The position numbers and the translations under genes are program-made. A DNA stretch of 24,414 bases from Chiloscyllium plagiosum. Lineage: Eukaryota. Where the stretch lies: NCBI RefSeq assembly GCF_004010195.1, contig NC_057758.1:7208277-7232690 (forward strand), written 5' to 3'. Shown in pieces: positions 1-10,143 of this stretch. Under the pieces are notes generated by a model. That model saw only the letters and a list, made by a program, of their open reading frames with translations. It was not told the DNA's origin and did no database searches. Positions within the stretch are counted from its first letter, which is position 1; each line of letters begins with the position of its first letter.

Positions 1-217
1 AAGGTATTTACTCTATTGGTTTTTGTAGACTGCTTACCACCTTTGCCTTAAAACCTCTCTTTTAAAATAAAACAGAACAAAATAACCTCATAAAGCCACA
101 GTATCATCATATCAAATCCTCATCAACAGTATACCACTGTGTTGCCTCTTCTGGTAGATCTCTCCCTCTGATAGGATAGAACGTATCCAGGAATGGTAAT
201 GGAAGATCCTATCAGAG

Positions 218-612
218 TTTTTGTTAGGAAACAGGATGTGCAGGGTTGATTTGGCAGGATGTACTAATGTCATTTCGAACACCAGATGGCCCAGCCAGTT
301 TCAACCTGCTTTGAATTCCCTGTAGAAGTTGATGAACTGAGTAGCTTACTGGGTTCTTTCAGAGGCAGTAAATAATCAAACACTTCGTTATGCGTCTGGA
401 ATCACGTAAAGGCCAGACCGTTAAGCATAACACATATATTTCTCTAAAGGATATGAATGAATCAAATGATTTTTATCAACATTCTGACAGTCACATTGTC
501 ACCTTTATTGAGACTAACTTTTAAGTACAGAATTATTAATTGCTTACACTTAAATTCCACAAACCCAATCTGGAATTAAACTCATGTATGGAGCATTAGC
601 CTGTGATTCTGG
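218..612 (-). mobile_element. Body of a tRNA-headed retroelement 5' region, copy 1 (continues at 1018-1070 across a Penelope insertion)
   Basis: The reverse complement is colinear with 10144-10560 (shared anchors GGCTAATGCTC, CAATTAATAA, GTGATTCCAGAC). It includes a B-box-like GAGTTTAATTCC. Confidence 0.6.
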
Positions 613-989
613 GCAAGGTTTGACAGGATTTGTAGCTCAGGTTGAGGTTCTGGATGTAGGTTTGCTCGTTGAGCTGGAAGGTTCGCATTCAGACGTTTTG
701 TCAGCCTACTAGGTAACATCATCAGTGAGCCTCCTGGTGAAGCACTGTTGATGTTTCCTGCTTTCTATTTATATGTTTGGTTGTCTTTGGGTTGGTGATG
801 TCATTTCCTGTGGTGATGTCATTTCCTGTTCTTTTTCTCAGGGGGTGGTGGATGGGTTCTAACTCTATATGTTCCGGTTGGAATGCCAAACTTCTAGGAA
901 TTCTCGTGCATGTCTCTGTTTGGCTTGTCCTAGGATGGATGTGTTGTCCCAGTCGAATTGGTGTCCTTCCTATTTCCATGTAAGGATAT
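613..989 (-). mobile_element. Penelope-like element 3' fragment (GIY-YIG C-terminus plus terminal repeat with degenerate hammerhead)
   Basis: The minus strand reads GHQFDWDNTSILGQAKQRHAREFLEVWHS, typical of the PLE endonuclease tail. HHR-like CTGATGA...AAAACGTC lies at 692-725. TGTGATTCTGG flanks it at 602-612 and 1018-1028. Confidence 0.85.
793..828. repeat. Perfect 18-bp tandem duplication TGGTGATGTCATTTCCTG x2 inside the Penelope fragment
   Basis: Seen directly at 793-810 and 811-828. Confidence 0.95.
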
Positions 990-1017
990 TGTGATTATGG
1001 ATTATTATTATCCAGTA

Positions 1018-1070
1018 TGTGATTCTGGATTATTAGACCCACGGCATTATCATTGTACCACAGTCTCCAC
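1018..1070 (-). mobile_element. tRNA-like 5' head of the element at 218-612
   Basis: Reverse complement GTGGAGACTGTGGTACAATGATAATG...TAATCCAGA has an A-box-like motif and matches the start of the copy at 10144. Confidence 0.55.
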
Positions 1071-1394
1071 ATTGTATTATTCTGGTGCTTCTTCTTCCTC
1101 TGTTATTGAAGTCTGAGTCAACAAGCAAGGGGGTTTCCTCTGAAAGTTTTCTCAATAGTGCTTCAGAGTGAGCAACCAGTTTCTGCTAAAATCATTCACT
1201 GTTTTCCCATCATTTTCATTCTTGCCTTTGGGGACTTGGCAAAGAGGAATCACAAGTGCAATCCAAATTTCCTTTCCGTTCTTTGACAAAATACATTAAA
1301 AAAAGTATGTAATAAAATAATGCCTTTTGGCTTTGTAAGCCCATACCTAAAATAGATTCTGCAAAGTTATCAACTCTGCAACCTCTATTTCAGA

Positions 1395-1935
1395 TTAAAA
1401 ATGATCAAGTAAATGTGCAAAAGATAAGGCTGAAACATTCACAACAATCTTCAGCCAGAAGTGGATATCTAGCATCACAGATGGTAGACTTCAGCCAATT
1501 CAATTAACTTCACATGATAACGAGAATTTGCTGGAAACATTGGATTCCACAGAAACTATGGGCCTGACAATTACCCAGCATTAATCCAGAGGAAGTGTGC
1601 TCCAGAATTAGTCACACCACAATCAAGCTACTCCATTACAGTCCCAACTGGTAATTACCTGACAATGTGGGAAATGGCCTAGATGTATCCTGTATGCAAG
1701 AAGGACAATTCCAATCATCAATACTGCCTCATCAGTCTATTCTTGATCATCAGTGAAGTGATAGAAGGTGTCATCAACAATTCTATCAAGCAACACTTGC
1801 CTTAGCAAAAACCTGCTCATTGATGGGTTTTGGTGAGTTCTGTCAGGGCCACTCAGCTCCTGACATTTTCACAGCCTTGGTTCAAACATGGAAAAAGGAG
1901 CAGAATTTCAGAGGTGAGGAGAAGGTGACAGCACG
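1395..1935 (+). mobile_element. Degenerate non-LTR retrotransposon (CR1/L2-group, family B) ORF2 fragment, RT N-terminal region
   Basis: Frame-broken translation KDKAETFTTIFSQK...LQPIQLT...GPDN...CAPELVTP...YCLISLFLIISEVIEGVI matches LINE RT domains 0-2. Confidence 0.8.
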
Positions 1936-1947
1936 TGGCTTTCTCAT

Positions 1948-2252
1948 GAGATTCCCTACAGTGTGAAAACAGGCCCTTCAGTCCAACCAGTCCACACCGA
2001 CCCTCTGAAGAGTAACCCACCCAGACCCATTTCCCTCTGACTAATGCACCTAACGCAGTGGGAAATTTAGTACGGCCAATTCACCTGACCTGCGCATCTT
2101 TGGACTGTGGGAGGAAACCGGAGCACCCAGAGGAAATCCACGCAGACATGGGGAGAATGTACAAACTCCACACAGTCACCCAAGGGTGGAATTGAACCTG
2201 GGACCCTGTGCTGTAAGGCAGCAGTGCTAACCACTGTGCCACTGTGCCACCC
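1948..2252 (-). mobile_element. HE1-like tRNA-derived V-SINE inserted in the family B LINE
   Basis: A box (GTGGCACAGTGGTTAGC), B box (GGTTCAATTCC), V-domain (GGTTTCCTCCCACAGTCCAAAGATG) and CR1-type tail (GAAGGGCCTGTTTTCACACTGTAGGGAAT). Homologous to 17979-18278. Confidence 0.9.
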
Positions 2253-2257
2253 AACCA

Positions 2258-2610
2258 GTTTTAAGACAGCATCTGTGGCATCAAGGAGCCCAAGCAAAAT
2301 GGGAATTGTGGGAATCATTTCTGCTGATTAGAGCCATTCATGGCAAAAAGGAAGAAGATTGTGTTTTGGAGGTCAATCTGTGCAGCTCCAGGTCAACTCT
2401 GCAGGAGCCCCTCAGAGTTGTGTCCTGGATCCAACCATTTTCATCAATGACCTTCCATCCATCATAAGGTCGGAAGTGAGGATGTTTGCCAATGATTACA
2501 CAATGTTCAGCACCATTTGTTACACCTCAGATACTGAAACAATCCATATCCAAGCAAGACTGGGACAAAGTCCAGGTTGGGACTGAAAAGTAGCAAATGA
2601 CACACAAATG
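2258..2610 (+). mobile_element. Continuation of family B LINE RT (domains 4-5), ending abruptly at the GPCR exon
   Basis: AGAPQSCVLDPTIFINDLPSIIRSEVRMFANDYT is a decayed GVPQGSVLGP...FADD. Confidence 0.85.
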
Positions 2611-2924
2611 CGCCGTTTTATGACGGCAATATTTACTTTTCAGCTTTTGGCAACAAATGGCCACAAACCGATCAAAGGTGAAAGTGACGGTGAACCAGAC
2701 AGAACAGTCAGTGGCTGCATAAAGCAGGACGGCGTGGACATTACACACAGGGATGTAGTACAGGAAATAAAACTTTGTCCGATAAGCAATGGGAAGGTGT
2801 CTCAATATCAGGTCGAGGATAATAACCAGTAGATCCGCCGCTGCCATAGACCCCAAGTAACGTCTGACACATGGAGACAATCCACAATCTTTATATAGCA
2901 AGACATAGATCGTCACTATGTTAA
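2611..2924 (-). pseudogene. GPR139-like class A GPCR coding exon (end of TM1 to ICL2), 3'-truncated; exon 1 not seen in window
   Basis: Polypyrimidine tract and acceptor TTTCTTTTCCTTCTTCACAG|TTAAC. Stop-free VNIVTIYVLL...YLGSMAAADLLV...CNVHAVLLYAATDCSVWFTVTFTFDRFVAICCQKLKSKYC, with TM2 (A..DLL) and TM3 (DRF.AIC) motifs resembling GPR139/GPR142. TM4-7 are absent and replaced by antisense LINE sequence. Confidence 0.85.
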
Positions 2925-3489
2925 CTGTGAAGAAGGAAAAGAAATATATTATCCATCTGACAGGAGGCAAAGTCACCAGTTTTATTGAAGAGACAGTGAG
3001 ATTTTTCAAATGTGTCATTGCATTCAGAGATTAACTAAAATAATTGGAGCTGAAATAACAAATGGGAAGGTCTGTATTATGGACAAAAATGTGTCATAGA
3101 ACACATGAAACCATCTCTCCCCAAACACACAGAGGCACATCCATAAGAACAGGTGGTTTCCAGAACATTCCGACACACTAGATCACACCAGAGCAGGCCC
3201 AAGTCATTGGTTCGAGATCCTAATACAAAGGTTAAAAACGGTGCTGTCCTCAAGGATTCTCTCTCAGTTCCTTGAAGACAAACGCAGGATGGAAATTTCT
3301 GTCTTTCAGTCGAAACTGTATTTGATCCAAGTGAAAAAATGGAAGTGCAATGAAAACGTATTCACATCTTTAACTGTCTGAGATGACTTTGGAACAGAGT
3401 CTCCTTCTCTCTGGAACGGGATCTCTTCCCTCTGGATCTTATCTTTTGTTCCAATCACTGACGTTTGGCCGTTCACAAATGATGTCAGA

Positions 3490-3965
3490 GATGGAATGGT
3501 CCAGAGAATGTCGGTTATAGAATGTACAGGGAAAAAGTGAGGACTGCAGATGCTAGAGACCAGAGTAGAAAAGTGTGGTGTTGAAAAAGTGCAACAGGCC
3601 AGGCAGCATCCGAGGAGCAGGAGAATCGACATTTCGGGCATAAGCCCTTCTTTAGACTAATGCCCGAAACGTCGATTCTACTGCTCATCGGATGCTGCCT
3701 GGCCTGCTGCGCTTTTCCAGCACCACACTTTTCTACTATAGAATGTACGGTACAGAACGATCTGTGGATGTGTATTATAGAACTTTGGGTACACTATGTT
3801 CAAGAGCATGTCAGTTATGGATGGTCCGGAAGAAAGAATGTTCTGGGTCATGTAAGTTATGGAATGTTGGATACAGAATGTTCCTGGGAATATCGGTTCT
3901 AGACTGCGGGGTACAGAATGTTCCAGAAATGTCATTTATAAATGTTGGGTAGAGAACATTCCGTG
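3490..3965 (+). repeat. Degenerate ~40-bp minisatellite (about 6-7 units, consensus near GGTACAGAATGTTCCAGAGAATGTCGGTTATAGAATGTT), interrupted by a palindromic element
   Basis: Recurring GTACAGAATGTTCC and TTATAGAATGT motifs at about 40-bp spacing. The periodicity is restored when 3528-3748 is removed. Confidence 0.7.
3528..3736. mobile_element. Fold-back (palindromic) Penelope pLTR-derived element, family A, with 12-bp TSD
   Basis: Imperfect inverted arms (GTAGAAAAGTGTGGTG...TTTCGGGCAT / ATGCCCGAAAC...CACCACACTTTTCTAC). TATAGAATGTAC at 3516-3527 and 3737-3748. The arm matches the terminus of the PLE at 5251-5324. Confidence 0.85.
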
Positions 3966-3974
3966 AAATCTTCA

Positions 3975-5324
3975 GTGGCTATACCGACACGATTCCTCAC
4001 CTTTTCCTCTGCTGCATCAATCCCAAGAGGAGGATGAACAGTTCTTCAACTTCGTAAACACATTCCACCCTGACCTTAAGGTCATTTGGATCATCTCACT
4101 CACCTCACTCCCCTTCATGGACCTCTCCATCTTCATCTCTGGTGACTGACTAACCACGGACATCTACTGCAAGCCCACCGAATCCCAGAGCTACCTGTAC
4201 TACATCCCCTTCGAAACTGTCTCCTGTAAAAACGCCATTCCTTATTCCCAATTCCTCTGCCTCCTCCTCACATGCTTCCAGATTGACTAATTCCACGTTA
4301 TATAATCTCAAATTGACTCATTCATCCTTGACCACAAATACCTTTCCCACGTGGTCGACGATGCCATCCAGCGCATCTCCTCCATTTCCCACACCTCCCC
4401 ACTTGAACACCGCCGCTCCCAACGAAATAAGGTCAGAAACCCGCAGTCTACACCTTCCAGCTCATCAACCAGCAGATACTTCGCCTCATACTCAGCCACT
4501 TCTGCCACCTACAAACCTCACTGCCAGAGATATATTTTCTCCGTGCAGCTATCAGTGTTCCCTAGGCAACATTCCCTCCACGGCTGTCTTGTCAGATCCA
4601 TGCCAATCCACCAGTACACACCCCATTCCCAACACCTGCCCCTGCCCACGCAGGAAGTGCAAATCCTGCGCCATCACCTCTCCCCTCACCTCTTTCCAAG
4701 GCCACAACGGATCATTCCACATCGGACAGAAATTTACCTGAACTTCAGCAAATCGCATTCACTGCGTAAGTTGCAGCAAAAGTGGTTTCCTGTACATCCG
4801 GGCGACAGGATACCATCTTCTGGATCCTTCCAGAGAAAATCTCTGGGACACCCGCACTAAATAACTCCATCGGCCCCTGGCTGAACACTTTAAGTTTCCC
4901 TCCCACTCCATCAATGACATTGAAGTTCTTGGCCTCCTCCAATCACCAACCCCTAACCACCCGACGCCTGGAGGAAGAACTGCCTTGGGACCCTGAAAGC
5001 ACATGCGTTCAATGTGGATTTCAACAGATTCCTCATTTCACCTCTCCTCGATTTATCCTAGATCCAACCCGACAAATCAGCACCGCCTTCCAAACTTGTC
5101 GATCTCCTTTCCCATCAATCTGCTCCATCCTCCTCTCCGACCTATCACCAAATCTTCCACATTTATCGTCTGTCGTATTCACAGCTACCTTCTCCTCAAC
5201 GCCACTCCCTCCCATTTAGACACTAACACCACGACCCGCAAGCACTAATCCTGATTAAGAGTTTATGCCAGAAACGTCAATTCTGCTGCTCCTCGGGTGC
5301 TGCCTGACCTGCTTTGCTGTTCCA
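3975..5324 (+). mobile_element. Penelope-like element, degenerate: RT C-half, Cys-rich linker, GIY-YIG, pyrimidine-rich 3' region, pLTR
   Basis: EQFFNFVNTFHPDLKVIWIIS, LTTDIYCKPTESQSYL, CPRRKCKSC and FTxTSANRIHCVSCSKSGFLYI. Terminal CTGATTA...GAAACGTC at 5251-5278. Many frameshifts, and the YIDD region is corrupted. Confidence 0.9.
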
Positions 5325-6030
5325 TCGTCATACTCACAGAATGAGACCTGATGGATAATATTTCATGAAGCCTCATTACCACCCCGGGTATACCTTGTCA
5401 CACAGTCACCGTGGAATACATTTAGGAAAGGAGTTACCCTGGAATTACATAACATTGATTTTAGAATCCGGGAAATCTCATGGTAACAGGTCAAAGTTGG
5501 TCAAGAAAATCGCCTGATGATGTACATCTACTTCCCTCCTCACCACGCCTCGTTGATAACTCAGTTCCCCATGACGTAGACAACAATCGGATGAAGCACT
5601 GAGCAAGGCGAGCCGAGAAATATAGAGTAGCCCGACTTTGTGAAGTGATGTGGGAATCAAAAATAAGGAATCATTCTCACAAACTACTTGTCACAAATGG
5701 ATGTGTCCCTAACTGTATCTGTAGGATCGGGAAGCACACAGTCCTGAGCGCGGGGACGTCTCAGTCTCATATTGAAGATACCGTCCACTGTATTATGTGG
5801 TACTACCTCCTGTGAAGTAGAACATACCTCGAATATATCGAGAAAATGTAATGTGAGCATCCTTGAGGCACTGTGGGCTGTCGACAGCTGCATCATCAAT
5901 GGCCTTCCGTCCATGATAAAGTCAGAAATGGGCTGTTCACTGAGGGTTCCAAAATATTCAGCACCATTCACAACTATACCTATACTGAAGCAAGCTATTC
6001 AGCACATCAAGAATATTAAGCAGGGATAGA
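5325..6030 (+). mobile_element. LINE fragment: APE endonuclease region joined, after a large internal deletion, to family B RT domain 5 sequence
   Basis: IVILTE*DLMDN...ITTPG and GVTLELHNIDFRIREISW*QVK...IYFPP are APE-like motifs. About 5895-6000 is homologous to 2443-2550 (ATCAATG.CCTTCC.TCCAT.ATAA.GTC). Confidence 0.7.
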
Positions 6031-6149
6031 ATAAGGCCATTCAGCTATTCGAGGCAGTTTCTCAGCAACGTGAGCAGGTCTTTTAATCTCTCATGATTGT
6101 TCCACAGGAAATGGAAGGTAACATTCATCCATTTAAAACAGCCACAAAC

Positions 6150-6530
6150 AAATACATAGTGGACTGATTAGTTAGGCAGGTGCATAGATAAATTTGGTTT
6201 AAATCTGTCTTTATCAGGTAACACAAATTAACAACTGCAGTGACACATTGATCCGTGCTGGGGCCTCACCTATTTGCAAACGATATCATGGTTTCAATAA
6301 ATGCAACAAACGTGCTCGAACTAAATTTGAAATGACACGAAGCGAGACAGGAACTGAAGTTATCAAGAGGAGGTAGAGAATCTCTAATTGGATAAGCAAT
6401 GGACAACAATTTGACAGCTGGAACATAACGTGGGTAACCATGAATCTGTGAATGTTTCACGCAGAATGAAACGTTGTATACTACATAAACAGGGAGAGAT
6501 TACAGGAGTCAATGAAACAGTGTGTACCAG
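6150..6530 (+). mobile_element. Highly degenerate CR1-type RT fragment
   Basis: GATCCGTGCTGGGGCCTCACCTATTT (SVLGPHLF) followed by a decayed KFADDTK-like segment. Confidence 0.55.
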
Positions 6531-7273
6531 AAGGTTCACTCTGACACTTTCAGACATCTGAAGTGTTGCTTCATCTCCATGACGGTCTGCTCACCGATGT
6601 TCCAGGGGCCCCATTGCTCTTAGTACACACGTGGTAGTTTGATGTGGTTGGTTGACGACTGGGACTCAACTTTATTTCCTCTTGGAAAATAAGACAGGGT
6701 ATATGATTGAGCTGTTACACTCATGTCATTTTGGAACGAGTGATTGTCATTCCCTTAGTTTGACAATAGTTCTGGAAAAGGCTAGACCTTGTACACAAAT
6801 TAACTTTATAATTATGGGCAATTTTGATGGCATTAGGCAGGAAAATACAAAAGATAATCACAGAAAAACTGTTTGAGTTTGAAGGACGTCTGGAAGTGGG
6901 CATCTTTCAAAAGCGAGATAATTAAAGTCCAGGGATAACGTGTTCCTGTTAGTGTGAAAAGGAATGTTCACAGGAATAGGTAATAGCACATGACAGGAGA
7001 TATTGTGCTTTGGTCAATGAAAAAGAAGGAGACATATGTCTGTTGTAGGAAGTGAGGAGCAAAGGAATCCCTTGAGCGTCCAGGGTGTTAGAGTACATTT
7101 ACGGCGCAAATCAGAAGGGCAAACAGGGAACATGTGATCACTTTGGCTGATAAGGTTAAAGGGAATGGAAAAAAAAAATCCTGCAAGTATATTAAGCGCA
7201 AAAGACAAACTAAGGCGGGAATAGGGCTGCTTAAAAATCAAACTGCAATCTATGTGTGTTTCCACAGGAGATG

Positions 7274-7587
7274 AATTAGTTTTATTACGTTTATTGTCAC
7301 ATGTACTCACATGAGAACCGTGAAGAGTTTACAAGTCACGACATGCGACAAAATCTTACATAAAGAGGTAAACCCCTCCAGCTACAGAATCTTAGTGAAA
7401 AGTGGAAAAATAAAAACACCAGAGTTAAAATGTAAAACATTGCAGCCCTTCATTTAACAGTGGAAATATAGAAAGACAGTGACCAGTTCAACAACACAGT
7501 CCATAAGCGCTTGGCCATGCTGAGTACTCACTCCTCATAAGGACTGAAACTCCCAGACTCCTCTGCCTTACAGCCTGCTCCTGTTCT
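7274..7587 (-). mobile_element. Insertion in the CR1, probably the 3' end of another non-LTR element
   Basis: CR1 homology stops at CAGGAGATG and resumes at ATGAGTGAGAT. The minus strand ends ACATGTGACAATAAACGTAATAAAACT, a LINE-tail-like motif. Confidence 0.5.
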
Positions 7588-7842
7588 ATGAGTGAGATCA
7601 TACATAAACATATCCCGCATCTATATTTACTGTGGAGAAAAAGATGGAAGTGAGGCAACTCAGGGAAATAAATCCATGCAGTGATGTTTTGAAACGAGAC
7701 CAAATTACAGAAGAGAAAGTGGTGAAGTTTTTCAAATGCATAACCGTCGATTAATACCCAGAACCTGTTCAAACATATCCCAGGTCATTGTGGGAAGCTG
7801 GGGAAGACATTGTGGAGCCCCTAGCGGAGATATTCGTATTAT

Positions 7843-7974
7843 CCTCAGATGAATGGTCCCTGGACCCGAAACATTATCTCTGTATTCTCTGCACAGATGT
7901 TGCCAGACCAGTTGAAATTTAGCAGATAATCTTTGTCTTGTTTCCGATGAAGCATTTGCAGTTAGTTCAGATTT
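7843..7974 (+). mobile_element. Solo Penelope pLTR (family B') with degenerate hammerhead and 12-bp TSD
   Basis: CAGATGA-ATGGTCCCTGGACCC-GAAACATT, then CAGATGTTGCCAGACC similar to 23286-23302. TATTCGTATTAT (7831-7842) versus TATTTGTATCAT (7975-7986), 10/12 identical. Confidence 0.75.
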
Positions 7975-9162
7975 TATTTGTATCATTGAGAACCACGGGT
8001 GACATGATGAATGGCTCAAAGATAGATAATGTTGGAATATTAATTTGAAAACGGTAGTAAGGAAAAGGCAGGGAATTACAGCGCGGTGAGTTTGATGTCA
8101 GGGGTGCGTAATTATTTGGAACAGATTCTCAGAAGCAGGATTTACATGCAATTATAACGGCAAGTACTAAGTTTGGAGTTATCACGGCTTTGTGTATGAT
8201 AAGATGTGGCTCGCAAACTTGTTTGAAACTTTTCAAGGCGTGACCAAGAACATCGATAAAGGGAAAGCAGCATACGTTGTCAACGTGGACGTTAGTGAGG
8301 CCAAGAAGGTTCTGCATGGTAGTCTGGTTAATAAGGTTAGATCACAGGGGATCAGGGAGAGCTAGCCAATTCGATTCAAAAGTTAGCTTGACAGCAGGCA
8401 ATAGAGTGTGGTTGGAGAAATTTGTGGTCCTAACTGATAACCTGTGACCAGCGGTGTGCCACAGGACCAGGCATCTTCTGTTTGTTATCTTTATAAATGA
8501 TTTGGATGAGAATATAGGTACCATGGATAGTACGTTTGTAGAAAAAACCAAAATTTGTGTTATAGTGGAAGGTGAGAGGGTCATTTCAAATGACAATGAG
8601 ATCTTGATCAACTGGATCAATGGGCCATGTAATGGCAGATGGAGCTTTATGCAGATAAATGAGAGCAGAATTGAATAGTTAATTGTAGGGATGTAGGGAG
8701 TGTTGTCGAGCAGAGACACCTGGGGTGGAGTAAGAAAGTTGCTTGAAAGTGGACCAGCAGGTAGATAGGGCTGTGAATAAGGGGTTAGAAATTCTTACCT
8801 TCATCGTTCAGAGCATTGAGTATAGGAATTGGGACATCATGTTATTGCTGTACAAGAGAATGAAAAATCTACTTTGGGAGTATTGAGTACAGTTAATGTT
8901 ACCCTTCTATCGGAAGGATGTTATGAACTGGAAAGAGTATAAAATATTTAAAATGTTGCCACGGAGTCTGGAAGTTTTGAGACATAAGGATAGGCTGGGA
9001 CTTTGCTCCATTTGCGTAGGAGGTTGAGGGATGACGCAATAGACGTTTATAAAATCACGAGGGGCATGGATAGGATGAATATGCAAGGTCTTTTCCCCAA
9101 GGTGGCGGTTTCCAAAACCAGAGAGTATAGGTTTAAGGTGAGACGGAAGACATTTGAAAGTG

Positions 9163-9240
9163 AAGTAAGGGGCAGTTGTTTCTCACAGAGGGGTTCTGTT
9201 TAAGTAAGGGGCAGTTGTTTCTCACAGAGGGGTTCTGTTT
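9163..9240. repeat. Perfect 39-bp tandem duplication inside CR1
   Basis: AAGTAAGGGGCAGTTGTTTCTCACAGAGGGGTTCTGTTT at 9163-9201 and 9202-9240. Confidence 0.97.
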
Positions 9241-9789
9241 ATATGTAGCGAACGGTTAGTGGTCGTGTTGAGTACAATTGCAGCATTTCAAAGACGATTG
9301 GATGGGTGCATGAATACGAAAGGTTTGGAGAGGCATGTGCGAAAAGCAGCAATGTAGAACAAGTTCAGCTGAGGAAACCCGGTGAGGATGGGCGATTTGG
9401 CCAAACGATCTGTTTGCATATTGCATGCCTCTGAGAGTTTAAGACTCTATAACACCTCTTTCATCACTAATTCTTCACTGCCCCCAATTTACTTCCAGGT
9501 CAAATATCCTCTGTAAATGCTTTCAACAATCTAACTCTCTGAACTTTCTTTAATAGAGTATTTCTGATATGGATGTGATGCTGTAGACACAGCAGGGAAG
9601 AAGTAGAATTGTATTCAACCACAATCTATAACTTTTCTGCAAGGGATAATCTCTCAGTCTACCACGACCATCAAGCCAATCTGTGGTTCAGTGACGAGTG
9701 TGGTTGAGCATGCCTGGGTCAGAACTATGTGTATCCACAACGGATGGCAACTCGTTAAAGCTACGACACTTGGCAGGTTACATTCCAAA

Positions 9790-10050
9790 AAATATCAATT
9801 TGATTCGCTGCACTTGACATGGAGAAACAGCAGAAAACAGCAAATATGACAAATACAATGGGCCATGACACCATTCCAGCAATAGGACTGAAGACTTGTG
9901 ATGCACAGCAAGCCGTGTCCTTGGGGAAGTTGTTTCATTCCAGCTCCAACGCTGACATCTCCTTGACAATGTAGAAAACTACTCAGCTGTGTCCAGTCCC
10001 ATAAGAGGAGAATAATTACAATCTGACCATTTACCATACCCTCAGAACTA
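9790..10050 (+). mobile_element. Family B LINE RT N-terminal fragment
   Basis: TMGHDTIPAIGLKTCDAQQAVSLGKLFHSS...QLCPV is homologous to 1555-1740. Confidence 0.7.
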
Positions 10051-10143
10051 TCACGACTGTCAAATTGGTGGAACTTGTTTTTGACAGAGCTGTCAAGCAA
10101 AACAGAAATAACCTGCTCATTGTGGTTTCCGATAGGTCGCCAT

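Larger units (their letters stand above)
6665..9452 (+). mobile_element. CR1-clade LINE, long degenerate copy from APE C-terminus through RT to 3' UTR, with two nested insertions
   Basis: HFGTSDCHSLSL (HFGxSDH), GNYSAVSLMS, VTSGVPQ, LFVIFINDLDEN and RRLRDDAIDVYKITRGMDR. Ends in a TCTATGAC-like tail (GACTCTATAAC). Confidence 0.9.

Noticed and set aside
2527..3018. 163-aa ORF as a complete GPCR gene
   Set aside because: The N-terminal ~31 residues are intron read-through across a polypyrimidine tract, and the C-terminus is antisense LINE. Only 2611-2924 is receptor-like.
3528..3736. DNA-transposon MITE or pre-miRNA
   Set aside because: The arms match the terminus of the Penelope element at 5251-5324 and are asymmetric, so they do not form true terminal inverted repeats. 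There is no evidence for miRNA processing.
3490..3965. CRISPR-like array
   Set aside because: The units are degenerate tandem repeats without unique spacers, there are no cas genes, and the context is vertebrate.
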